From positions 10,132 to 74,131 of the forward strand of contig JAZGEW010000025.1 of assembly GCA_036478875.1 (NCBI GenBank): a stretch of 64,000 bases of DNA, written 5' to 3'. The stretch is from Promethearchaeia archaeon (lineage in GTDB: Archaea; Asgardarchaeota; Lokiarchaeia; Sigyniarchaeales; SOKP01). Position numbers and translations under genes: made by a program. A model generated the notes under the pieces. It was given only the letters and a program-made list of their open reading frames with translations, did no database searches and was not told the DNA's origin. This document shows positions 40,722 to 50,329 of this stretch, in pieces. Each line of letters starts with the position of its first letter. Position 1 is the first letter of the stretch.

Positions 40722-40735
40722 ATTTAATCACTTTT

Positions 40736-41017
40736 TTATACTTCTTGTAATTCGAATCTTTTTACACGATAAGATTTAGCATACTGTTTTTTACCACATT
40801 CAGAACATTCTAATAGTGGTGTAGATCTCTTATTTAACTTAGCGTTGCGGTGAAATATCTCTTTGGGAAAGCTACCATAGCCTCTTTTCTTCCTTTCAAC
40901 TCTTCTGCGTCCTTGGTTCATCATACGTTCTTTTCCTTTCTTGTATAGGGATACATTATGTTTTTTATGTGATCTACAAGTTGGGCAATAACGATTGACA
41001 GTTCTTGGGTACTTCAT
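40736..41017 (-). CDS. rpl44e: Ribosomal protein eL42 (L44e)
   Basis: YCPTC..H..H.V..YKKGK...GRRR...GYG...C..C. Confidence 0.95.
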   Translation of the reverse strand: MKYPRTVNRYCPTCRSHKKHNVSLYKKGKERMMNQGRRRVERKKRGYGSFPKEIFHRNAKLNKRSTPLLECSECGKKQYAKSYRVKRFELQEV

Positions 41018-41178
41018 TATTTAGTGACCTTTAGCTTTAAGAATAAATTTAGTAATTATTCATAAATTTTAAATTTTATTAGTTCTGTTGGTTCTTTTTG
41101 AATAACCATAGTATAATAAAAAATAATTTAAATCTTATTTACATAATGTTAATAAAAACATATTGAATGAGATTTTGA

Positions 41179-42096
41179 ATGTTCAAAGATAAATTTAGCG
41201 AAGGTATAATAAGTGCAAAGCAATTTGACCGAGAAGATATTGAATATATTCTAAAGAAAGGCAATGAAATGATTCAAATCAAGAATTCAAATCTTCTTCA
41301 AGGGAAAATTTTAGCTACATTATTTTTTGAGCCGTCTACTCGCACTCGTCTTAGTTTTGAATCTGCTATGTATAGATTAGGAGGAAGCGTAATCGGATTC
41401 CACTCTGGAGATGTATCGTCTATAAAGAAGGGTGAAAGTATTGCAGACACGATAAGGACTGTAGAGAACTACAGCGATTGTATAGCTATGAGGCATTCAC
41501 TTGAAGGAGCTGCAAGAATGGCTTCAAAATTTGCGAAAATTCCTATCATTAATGCTGGATCTGGAAGTGGGGAACATCCCACCCAAGCATTATTGGATTT
41601 ATTAACTATTACTGAAGAAATTGGAGCATTAGATGGTTTGAATATAGGTATAATGGGTGATCTTAAGTATGGAAGGACAGTGCATTCACTATCAATTCTC
41701 TTATCTAATTTTGATGTAAACATATATTTCGTAAGCCCTGAAAGCTTAAAAATGAGAAACCGAGATAAAGATTTTTTACAACAACGACAAGTTAAATATA
41801 AAGAAATTACTAATTATAGGAAAATATTAGACATATTGGATGTTCTTTATATGACAAGAATCCAAAAAGAAAGATTTGTTGATGTTGAAGATTATGAGAA
41901 GCTAAAAGATTTTTATATCTTTAGAAAAGATGATCTCAAAAATACAAAAGATAATTTCAGATTATTACACCCTCTACCTCGAGTTACGGAAATTTCTCCT
42001 AATGTTGATATTTCAAAAAAAGCAATTTACTTTAAACAAACCTGTTATGGCATCCCAATGAGGAAAGCTCTCTTAGCTGAATTAATGTCTGAATAA
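41179..42096 (+). CDS. pyrB: Aspartate carbamoyltransferase catalytic subunit
   Basis: FFEPSTRT, HPTQ, GDLKYGRTVHSL, RIQKER and HPLP. Confidence 0.97.
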   Translation: MFKDKFSEGIISAKQFDREDIEYILKKGNEMIQIKNSNLLQGKILATLFFEPSTRTRLSFESAMYRLGGSVIGFHSGDVSSIKKGESIADTIRTVENYSDCIAMRHSLEGAARMASKFAKIPIINAGSGSGEHPTQALLDLLTITEEIGALDGLNIGIMGDLKYGRTVHSLSILLSNFDVNIYFVSPESLKMRNRDKDFLQQRQVKYKEITNYRKILDILDVLYMTRIQKERFVDVEDYEKLKDFYIFRKDDLKNTKDNFRLLHPLPRVTEISPNVDISKKAIYFKQTCYGIPMRKALLAELMSE

Positions 42097-42129
42097 AATT
42101 CAAAATATTTTAGATAATTTTATATTCCA

Positions 42130-44115
42130 TTATCCAGTAAAACAATCCCTAAAAGAAATAACCTCTATTTTGGATTCAAAAAGACTTTGTAAAAATCTTT
42201 TTAATGATAATTCATCTATATTTATTTTTTCTATAAACAAAGTCCCTCCGTTGATAATTTTTTGAAATTTTTCAAATAATGCGATCCTTTTATCAAGGGA
42301 AAGATTTGATTCACTCCTAATTATTCTTGATGAATATCGATTTAGATTTTGTTTGAATTGTGTCATACCATTATGCCATGAATCTTTTAGGTAAGAATCG
42401 TAATGAGGTTGACTTAGAATAAAATTGTTGTTATCAAGTTCATTTCTTTCCTCAATTAACTTTTTCATTAAAGATAACACTTTAAAAGCAAATTTTTCGC
42501 TATTTTCTATTCTATCAAGTTCAATTCCGCAATGGTCAAGGATGGCTTCGTTTAAACCGAAAAAACTAATGGATTTCAGAGAATCTCTAAATGCATCTTC
42601 AAAATTCTTATTTAAAATCTCTGAAATAAAGAAATTCCATTGTTTAAGAGGATATAGCTTTTTTCGTACCAATTTCTCTTTGTAATTAAACAATTCAAAT
42701 ATAGCTTTCAATTTATCTTGTATTAGTTCTAAAAATTTATTGTCATCTTTCTTTGCTTCTACTGATATCGTGTGTAAATTCATCAAAATCTTGTCTAATA
42801 TAATTTTATCCTCTTCAGGATTTGGGATTTGAATTATAGTTGAATTCAACAATTTACCATTATTTTTATTGCAAAGAAAGAGATTCCCTTCATAATCTGC
42901 TATAAGACTTCTTAACATATCATATCCTGAATCTATTGAAGAATTTTTCGGCAAATTTAACAGTAATAAGGGGCTCATACGATCTTTACACTGGAGTTTC
43001 AACGAATTAAAGAATTTTTCATCAATTTGAGACAGAATAGAAAAATTTTCTGGTATTTTTCCATTATTATTAAACCCTAATGATAAGTGGGATTTACCAT
43101 CATTAAAAGAAGTATTGAACCTAAATAATTGAGAGGTTAATGTATTAAAGTTGAATAATTGCATATTCGGTAAATCAAACAAAGAAAGAAAATGAGTGTT
43201 GAAATCTCCTAAAAGTAAATCTTCAGAATAAAAATAGCTTAATTGGTATAAAAGATCTATTAAATGAACAATTAAGTCATTTAATTCAGTCCTACTTTTA
43301 ATTTTCTGGTGTTTAAGTGAATTTTTTTTAAGAAGATAATCAGTTAATGTTTTAGTACTGAAATACAAACTTAATGGCCTTAAACTCCAATAATTTAGAT
43401 GTAATAGAGCAATTTCTCCTGTTAAGTATAAATCAGCTAGATTTTTTGGTAGTAGATTCAAAAGTAAAAATTGCTCAGAAACATCAGATCCTAGTCTTTT
43501 TATAAAATTTTCAGGTGTGAACTGCCGTTCTTTAGAATCAAATAATTGAAACACTTCATAGGGGGGCGTTCCTAATCGAGTTAATCTGTGTCTAACCTCT
43601 TCTAAACCATTTTCAAGTAAAACAGCATTAATATATTCACGCATTAGTGGTGCTGTCATATATTCTATGTTTGTTTTAGAAAGCCGTTCCTCTACTTCAT
43701 GGGCAATTTGTCTGGCTAAATAACGATCTAAATCTCCCTCATTAACAAGGTATTCCTCAATTTTGCTTATATCAAATAACTCTTTAGAATATTTTGAGGT
43801 TCGAATCATTTGGGTATTTTTTTGCTTTTTAAGAATTTGTTCAATAGATAAAATCTTATCGATTATTTGGTCCCCTAAAAATGAAATAGAATATCCTTCA
43901 TCAGTGGATTGGATTAATTCACTCTTTTTCAATGTGTTTAAATGAAAAGATAAATTAACAGTAGAAAGATTATGTCCTAAAACTTCTTTCTGAAGCTTTG
44001 AAAATGATAATGGAGCTTGAGTATTTTTTAATTTCTTTAATATGTCAATTCTAATCTTTTGACCTAATGTCTTTAGTTGCTTTTCTAGAATTGTTTGTTT
44101 TTTGTCGGCATCCAC
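42130..44115 (-). CDS. ArsR-type wHTH + ATP-cone + degenerate class III ribonucleotide reductase (NrdD)-like fusion
   Basis: RIDILKKL...SFSKL...LSFHLNTL (wHTH); IRTSK...FD..KI...L..E...A..IA.EVE (ATP cone); TAPLMREYIN..L...R.R.TRLG.P and S..GLNE (NrdD-like). Confidence 0.8.
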   Translation of the reverse strand: MDADKKQTILEKQLKTLGQKIRIDILKKLKNTQAPLSFSKLQKEVLGHNLSTVNLSFHLNTLKKSELIQSTDEGYSISFLGDQIIDKILSIEQILKKQKNTQMIRTSKYSKELFDISKIEEYLVNEGDLDRYLARQIAHEVEERLSKTNIEYMTAPLMREYINAVLLENGLEEVRHRLTRLGTPPYEVFQLFDSKERQFTPENFIKRLGSDVSEQFLLLNLLPKNLADLYLTGEIALLHLNYWSLRPLSLYFSTKTLTDYLLKKNSLKHQKIKSRTELNDLIVHLIDLLYQLSYFYSEDLLLGDFNTHFLSLFDLPNMQLFNFNTLTSQLFRFNTSFNDGKSHLSLGFNNNGKIPENFSILSQIDEKFFNSLKLQCKDRMSPLLLLNLPKNSSIDSGYDMLRSLIADYEGNLFLCNKNNGKLLNSTIIQIPNPEEDKIILDKILMNLHTISVEAKKDDNKFLELIQDKLKAIFELFNYKEKLVRKKLYPLKQWNFFISEILNKNFEDAFRDSLKSISFFGLNEAILDHCGIELDRIENSEKFAFKVLSLMKKLIEERNELDNNNFILSQPHYDSYLKDSWHNGMTQFKQNLNRYSSRIIRSESNLSLDKRIALFEKFQKIINGGTLFIEKINIDELSLKRFLQSLFESKIEVISFRDCFTG

Positions 44116-44339
44116 TTTTCTTATTGTCTCAACACTCTTCTTTAAATCTGCTTAACTAAATAATAAGTTTAACAGTTATATAAAAATTTAGGAATTTTCT
44201 AAATAATCAATGAATTTAGATAATATATAGGTGATATGACTCTTTACTTTAAGGGAGTTAATCTTATTTATAGTTAAATTAATTTTATTTAAAAGAAATC
44301 TAACCTCTAAAGCTCATCATTTCACTATATTGAAGTTAT

Positions 44340-44353
44340 AAAAATTGGACTCC
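44340..44353 (+). promoter_or_regulatory. Conserved upstream motif AAAAATTGGACTCC, copy 1
   Basis: Exact 14-mer ending 83 nt before the ATG at 44436. Confidence 0.6.
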
Positions 44354-44435
44354 ATCATTATTATATTTCAATATGTCAATAAAAATTCATATTATAAATT
44401 TTTAAAAATCTTAAAAAAAAATGTGAAAAATTAAT

Positions 44436-45917
44436 ATGTCAAAGAGAAAACAACTTACTGAATTAGTTTTAGCGGAAACAGAAAAAGAGATTTTAGCGGA
44501 AAGTGGTAAGAATTTTTTCCAAATAGATTTCTTAAAGGCAGCAATGATATTTTTAGTGATCTTTGATCATATGGTAGCATGGGGGGTAAAAAGTGAGATT
44601 GGTGTTGCTTTATGGGAAAGAATCTCAATTCCAGTATTTTTAGTGATAATGGGATTTAATATGGGAATTTCTTTTCAAAGAAAAGGTGTTTCGACGTTAA
44701 AAGAATTATATTCTTGGAGTTATTTTAAGAGTAAGATTTTACGGTATATTGTACCATTTCTAGTTTTATATGGTTTTTCTACGTTAATAGGCTTAATTTT
44801 ATATCAATTTAATATTACAGCGATGTACCATGGACAATATTATCCGGAACACGGATTTATACAATTATTTACTGGGATTTTACCATTTTGGGGTCCTGGG
44901 AATTGGTTTATACCCGTAATTTTCGGCTCCATCTTAATATTTCCTTTAATATATTGGGCTTTTAAAAAGAAACCAGTCTTAACATTAATTCTTTGTTTCG
45001 CTGTTGAAATCGCATTGCAATTAACGGTATTTTTCTTTATTGGCCAAATTACATCTTGGGAAGAATCGTATATCCTTAGTTTGTTTATGACAAGCTTTCC
45101 ATTCTATCTTTCTGCTATTGGATTAGGTTTGTGGTTTTCATTTAATCGTAAGCCTTTTTCAAGACGAAATTTGTTTATCTGGATTTTATTTCCAATTAGT
45201 CTAACATATATGATTTTTTTCCAATTCTTTGGTCTTCGATTCCGGATCGGGAATGTTCCACTTCTCCGAGGAGATTACCATTTCTTGATATTTCCATATT
45301 CAGCAGTTATATTTCTATTAGTAATGATGATATTACCACAGAAATCAGACAACAAATTTTCACGAGCAATTTCATTAATCGGAAAGTCGACTTATCATAT
45401 TTTGCTTACTCAGATGTTAGGATACGGAATGATCTCCGCAATACGGGGAACTCATTATATTATAGATGTAGGATTCACGATTTTGGATGCATTAAACTTA
45501 ATATATGCATGGATTATATTCATATCTTTCGGTGTTTTATGGTATAAAATAGATCAAAAAAAGAACTTAACTAGACGTTTGTTATACTACGTTAATTTCT
45601 TCCTAGTTTTTTCCATAATCGTATTTTACATATTTTCAGTTTTGGTACCACCTGAATTTGATTGGGTACCTCTTCCTATGATTTTTATCCTTATTTATGC
45701 GGGTGTAGCTCTAATTATTAATTTTGCTATTAAAAAACCAATTAAAACAACGACTCTGGCTATTTGGACCTCATTTCTAGTATATAATTTTTTCATTACG
45801 TTTCTCTACTTGGCGATATTGCAACCTACTGAGTATTTGGTACAAAATATTTCTATTGGTACTTTCCTTATCTTCGCAATTATAGGAACAGTATTAGATT
45901 ATACTATTAGGAAATAA
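44436..45917 (+). CDS. Acyltransferase-3 (OafA-like) membrane protein
   Basis: IDFLKA..IFLVIFDH, IPVFLVIMG, GNWF and IGKSTYHI; many TM helices. Confidence 0.85.
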   Translation: MSKRKQLTELVLAETEKEILAESGKNFFQIDFLKAAMIFLVIFDHMVAWGVKSEIGVALWERISIPVFLVIMGFNMGISFQRKGVSTLKELYSWSYFKSKILRYIVPFLVLYGFSTLIGLILYQFNITAMYHGQYYPEHGFIQLFTGILPFWGPGNWFIPVIFGSILIFPLIYWAFKKKPVLTLILCFAVEIALQLTVFFFIGQITSWEESYILSLFMTSFPFYLSAIGLGLWFSFNRKPFSRRNLFIWILFPISLTYMIFFQFFGLRFRIGNVPLLRGDYHFLIFPYSAVIFLLVMMILPQKSDNKFSRAISLIGKSTYHILLTQMLGYGMISAIRGTHYIIDVGFTILDALNLIYAWIIFISFGVLWYKIDQKKNLTRRLLYYVNFFLVFSIIVFYIFSVLVPPEFDWVPLPMIFILIYAGVALIINFAIKKPIKTTTLAIWTSFLVYNFFITFLYLAILQPTEYLVQNISIGTFLIFAIIGTVLDYTIRK

Positions 45918-45985
45918 ATCATTAACATTTCTTCTACTTTTTTTTATTTTTTATGATGACCGAATAATATTAATTTTTAGAAATG

Positions 45986-45999
45986 AAAAATTGGACTCC
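45986..45999 (+). promoter_or_regulatory. Conserved upstream motif AAAAATTGGACTCC, copy 2
   Basis: Exact 14-mer ending 79 nt before the ATG at 46078. Confidence 0.6.
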
Positions 46000-46077
46000 A
46001 ATTTAATTTAATATTAAATGGATAAGATTATTTTTTAAGTTTAGATTTTTTTTAAATATAAGAAAAGAGGTTATTTT

Positions 46078-46749
46078 ATGTCTTGGAATGAAATTAAAAA
46101 AAAATTCAGTGTAGGAACTCTTGGATTATGGATTATTTTTGGGCTTACTACTATTGTAATGATAGCTCTTGTTTTGGGAGAGGTTTTTGATTCTGAAGAT
46201 ATATGGATCCCGATAATTCCTATTGGAGTTTTACTGATAATAGCTATTGCTGCTACAATTGTAGATTTTAGTTCTGAAAGGAAGAGAAAAATAGGCATTG
46301 TTGGAATATGGGCTGTATTTGGGATGACCCTCGTCGTATTTACTGCTCTAATCATTGGAGATGTCTTTGACTCTGATGAATATTGGATTCCTATTATTCC
46401 TGTCGGTAGTTTATTTATTCTAACAATTATCACCACAATTTTTGAATATACTACTGGAGAAATAAAGTTTTGTCCTAAATGCGGAAAATTATTTGAGAAA
46501 AAATGGGATTTTTGCCAGGAGTGTGGCACAAGAATTCTTATGAAATGTCCTTCCTGTGGTGTAAAAGTCAAAGGAAATCCTAAATTTTGTGTGAAATGTG
46601 GAACAAATTTAAGCGAAATTGAAGTCATTCAGACTTCTTCACCTCCAATTAAATTTAAAGCAGAAGGATATACAAAATTATGTAATCAATGTGGAGCACC
46701 AGCTAAACCTGAAGCAAAATATTGTGTATTTTGTGGTGTTTCCCAATAA
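46078..46749 (+). CDS. Membrane protein with duplicated TM hairpin and C-terminal double zinc ribbons
   Basis: Two VFDS..WIPIIP.G repeats and six CxxCG motifs. Confidence 0.85.
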   Translation: MSWNEIKKKFSVGTLGLWIIFGLTTIVMIALVLGEVFDSEDIWIPIIPIGVLLIIAIAATIVDFSSERKRKIGIVGIWAVFGMTLVVFTALIIGDVFDSDEYWIPIIPVGSLFILTIITTIFEYTTGEIKFCPKCGKLFEKKWDFCQECGTRILMKCPSCGVKVKGNPKFCVKCGTNLSEIEVIQTSSPPIKFKAEGYTKLCNQCGAPAKPEAKYCVFCGVSQ

Positions 46750-46861
46750 CAACTTTTTTTTTTTTTAAACTACTTGTAAACAAACAGAAAGTTCCTCTAA
46801 GTTAATAGAATTTTACTTATTGAAATAGAATCTCAATTATATCTATATTATATTTACAAGT

Positions 46862-46875
46862 AAAAATTGGACTCC
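46862..46875 (+). promoter_or_regulatory. Conserved upstream motif AAAAATTGGACTCC, copy 3
   Basis: Exact 14-mer ending 81 nt before the ATG at 46956. Confidence 0.6.
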
Positions 46876-46955
46876 TTCTTAATTATATTACTAATCGCGT
46901 TTATAACATAATATTAATTTCACTTAAAATCTTTAAATAAAAAAGTTAGGTTTAA

Positions 46956-48425
46956 ATGACAGATAAAAAACAATCTACTGAAATAGAATTAGTTTTAGAA
47001 GAAAAAGAGATTTCAGAGGAAAGTAAAGGCCATTTTTTCCAAGTAGATTTCTTAAAAGCAGTTATGATCTTTCTAGTAATTTTTGATCATATGGTAGCGT
47101 GGGGAGTAAAAAGTGAGATGGGTGTCACACTTTGGGAGAGAATCTCTATCCCTGTATTTTTAGTGATAATGGGATTTAATATGGGCCTCTCATTTCAAAG
47201 AAAAGGAGATTTATCGTTAAAACAATTGTATTCTTGGAGCTATTTTAAAAGCAAAATTTTACGGTATATTGTCCCATTTCTCGTATTATATGCTGTATCA
47301 ACTTTTATAGGATTATTTATGTATGGTTTTGATCTTTCAGCTATGTACCATGGACAATATTATCCAAATCACGGCATTATAAACTTATTTGTAGGAATAT
47401 TACCGTTTTGGGGTCCAGGTAATTGGTTTCTTCCAGTAATTTTCTGGTCTATTTTAATTATGCCTTTGCTTTATAAAGCTTTCACGAAAAACCCAATTGT
47501 GGCTTTGATCTCATGTTTTGTTGTAGAAATCATAATGCATTTGATAATATTTTTCCTTATTGGAGAAATTACATCTTGGGAAGAAGTTCATTACCTAAGT
47601 CTTATAACGAACAGTGTTTTCTTTCTTCTCCCAGGTATTGGTTTAGGGATGTGGTTTTCCTTTGGATATAAACTTACAGAAAAGCGGAATTTATTTATGT
47701 GGATATTATTTCCAATCAGTTTAGCATTTTGTATTGCACATCAATTTTTCGCCTTTAGATTTAGAGTTGGTGGTCTCCCACTTTTGAGAGGTGATTATCA
47801 TTTCTTAATTGTACCATATTCAGCATTTTTGGTTTTACTGGCAATAAATTTCCTACCTCAAAAATCAGAAGGGCGAATCTCACGAGCGATTTCTATGATT
47901 GGAAAATCAACATACCATATTTTACTCATTCAAATTTTAGGATATGGAATGATAACTGCTTTTTGGGGCACTCATTATGTTATAGATGTCGGCTTTGGAC
48001 CCGATAAAATTCTCGATATGATTTTTGCGTGGCTGCTATTCATCTCTTTCGGAATAGTATGGTATAAAATAGACAAAAATAAAAACTTATTAAGACGGGT
48101 GTTATTTTCCATTAACTTGTTCATTATCTTTACATCACTCTTGTTTTTTACTTTTTGGGGTCAACTATTTTGGGTACCAATACCTCTTTTGATAATTCTT
48201 ATTTACGCAGTAGCAGCTCTGATTACCAATTTTATTATCAAAAAACCACTTAAAACAAGGAGTCTAAGTTTATGGACTGGCTTTCTGTTGATGACTTTTA
48301 TTATGATGGTTCTTCAGATGAGTGTTCTCCAACCGAATGAGGCGTGGATGACTTTCATTCCGATTGGAATAGTACTTACTCTTGCGGTTGTAGGCACTTT
48401 TTTGGATTATATGAATAGTAAATGA
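46956..48425 (+). CDS. Acyltransferase-3 membrane protein (paralog of 44436..45917)
   Basis: Same motifs; long stretches identical to the first copy. Confidence 0.85.
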   Translation: MTDKKQSTEIELVLEEKEISEESKGHFFQVDFLKAVMIFLVIFDHMVAWGVKSEMGVTLWERISIPVFLVIMGFNMGLSFQRKGDLSLKQLYSWSYFKSKILRYIVPFLVLYAVSTFIGLFMYGFDLSAMYHGQYYPNHGIINLFVGILPFWGPGNWFLPVIFWSILIMPLLYKAFTKNPIVALISCFVVEIIMHLIIFFLIGEITSWEEVHYLSLITNSVFFLLPGIGLGMWFSFGYKLTEKRNLFMWILFPISLAFCIAHQFFAFRFRVGGLPLLRGDYHFLIVPYSAFLVLLAINFLPQKSEGRISRAISMIGKSTYHILLIQILGYGMITAFWGTHYVIDVGFGPDKILDMIFAWLLFISFGIVWYKIDKNKNLLRRVLFSINLFIIFTSLLFFTFWGQLFWVPIPLLIILIYAVAALITNFIIKKPLKTRSLSLWTGFLLMTFIMMVLQMSVLQPNEAWMTFIPIGIVLTLAVVGTFLDYMNSK

Positions 48426-48961
48426 ATTAATAATACTTTTTTTCTTTTTTTATATTTAGTTTAAGGATTTACCGAGAGTTTTATATAGTTACTTGCTCTC
48501 ACCAAAATTTCTTTATATTTTTTATATTTTATAATTTTATGATATTAATTGGTTAATTAATCAACCTTTTTCTTGGTCTCATTAATTTTAATTTCTTCTA
48601 CAATTTTTTTAAAATTTTCTTTATAAAATTCTTTTGGAGTCATTTTTTCTAGATTTTCATTTTTAACAAACCAATTATGTTTTTTAAGTACTTTTATACC
48701 TTAAAACCTCCTTAATTAAGTGATTAAAAGTAAAAGTGAATTATTAAGAAATAGAACTGTCATACACATCCCTATACTCTATAGTTAATTTGATGTTATA
48801 TAAAAGAAAATGGTAAATTTTTGAAGTATTAACTCATTCAAAAAGATTTAATATAAATTCTGGAAATGAACTTTCAAAATAAAAGAATCTAGCTTTTGTA
48901 TTTAAAGAATGAAAGATTTATTTTTTTATAAAAAGTGATTTGATAAAGAAAATAGATTTTA

Positions 48962-49579
48962 TCATCTAGCAGAGACAGCTATTCTTTCAATTTCATCCTT
49001 TCTCTTAACAGCTCTTGATTCTTGACTATTTTTTGCTGCTAAGATTAATTCTTGAGCTATATTTTCCTCGAACTGTCTTTCATTAGAATGAGATCTAGCG
49101 CTTATTGCTTGAGAGAGATATTTAATAGCAAGATCAACTCGCCGTTGCGGTGCGATATCTACTGCTGAAGCGTAACTAATCCCTCCCATAGCTATCTTCG
49201 TCGTTTCTTCTCTAGGTGCGGTACTGATTATTGCATCTATAAAGATTTGTATAGGATTTTGGTCAGTTAATAATTCGATTAAAATAAAAGCACTCTTAAT
49301 ACTTTTAATAAGTTTGCTCTTTTTACCTGAATTATAAGAACTCTTATGACCTCTAATTTTACCTCCAATAAATCCGGGAGATAGTAATCTATTTACGAAT
49401 CTTTCAATTACTGAGACTTTTGAAGATTTCCAAAATCTCTTATGCTCATGTCTACCAGCAGAATGAGGAACGATAATAGGTTTTAAATTGATATAATTTT
49501 CAAGCGTTCTATCCATAATTTCAATATTTGTAAATGGCCACTTATTGAAAAGTTTTATATCTTTCTTTGTTTTACTCAT
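48962..49579 (-). CDS. rps7: Ribosomal protein uS7
   Basis: KLFNKW, PHSAGRH, NPIQ, PREETT and VDIAPQRRVD. Confidence 0.96.
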   Translation of the reverse strand: MSKTKKDIKLFNKWPFTNIEIMDRTLENYINLKPIIVPHSAGRHEHKRFWKSSKVSVIERFVNRLLSPGFIGGKIRGHKSSYNSGKKSKLIKSIKSAFILIELLTDQNPIQIFIDAIISTAPREETTKIAMGGISYASAVDIAPQRRVDLAIKYLSQAISARSHSNERQFEENIAQELILAAKNSQESRAVKRKDEIERIAVSAR

Positions 49580-49591
49580 AAATAATAACCT

Positions 49592-50020
49592 CTACCGTAT
49601 TGGTTTCTCTTTCTTTCCAGCTAAGAGGGCTTTAAGGCTAACACCGTTAACTTTGACCACTTTATATCGTACACCTGGAAGATCACCAATACTCCTACCT
49701 TTTGCTCCGCCAATTCCTTCAACAATTACTCGATCATGTTCTTCTATGAAGTTAAGCGCACCATCTCCAGGTAAGAATGCTGTAACGTTTTTTCCGTTTT
49801 TCTTTAATTGAATACGTACACACTTGCGAATTGCTGAATTAGGTTGTTTACTCTCTCGACCAACTTTTTGCAGTACAATTCCTAATGCTTGGCAAGCTCC
49901 TTCGAGTGGATCAACCTTCTTCTTTAATTGGAGTTTTCTTCTTTTATATTTTGTTTTAGACCATCGAAACTTCTTTCGATTTGCTTTGAGTTTTCTTGCT
50001 GAGTATAATCCTTTTGGCAA
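49592..50020 (-). CDS. rps12: Ribosomal protein uS12
   Basis: [10 protein letters not shown] and DLPGVRYKV; TTG start. Confidence 0.97.
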   Translation of the reverse strand: MPKGLYSARKLKANRKKFRWSKTKYKRRKLQLKKKVDPLEGACQALGIVLQKVGRESKQPNSAIRKCVRIQLKKNGKNVTAFLPGDGALNFIEEHDRVIVEGIGGAKGRSIGDLPGVRYKVVKVNGVSLKALLAGKKEKPIR

Positions 50021-50329
50021 CTTTTTACACCAAAATTTAAATAATTATAATGTGAAAAAATACATCCTTAAACTTAAAATTTATGTATATGAATGAATTA
50101 TCGTACATTTTTTAGTACTAGATCTCATAAAAGAATAAAAACTTCAATTTAATTTATTGAAGTGGTGCTAAAAGACTAAATTTAAGATTTCTACTATTAT
50201 ACTACTATTATCAAAAATTCTAAAAAATTGATTTTTTTCTGATTTTACTACTATTATTCTACTTCTATCCAAAACTCTACTACAAAGATTTAAATATGTC
50301 AATTGTTTATAGTAGTAATAGTGATTAAT

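Noticed and set aside
46071-46628. 185-aa antisense ORF
   Set aside because: It mirrors the zinc-ribbon gene on the + strand. The other short antisense ORFs inside core genes were dismissed for the same reason.
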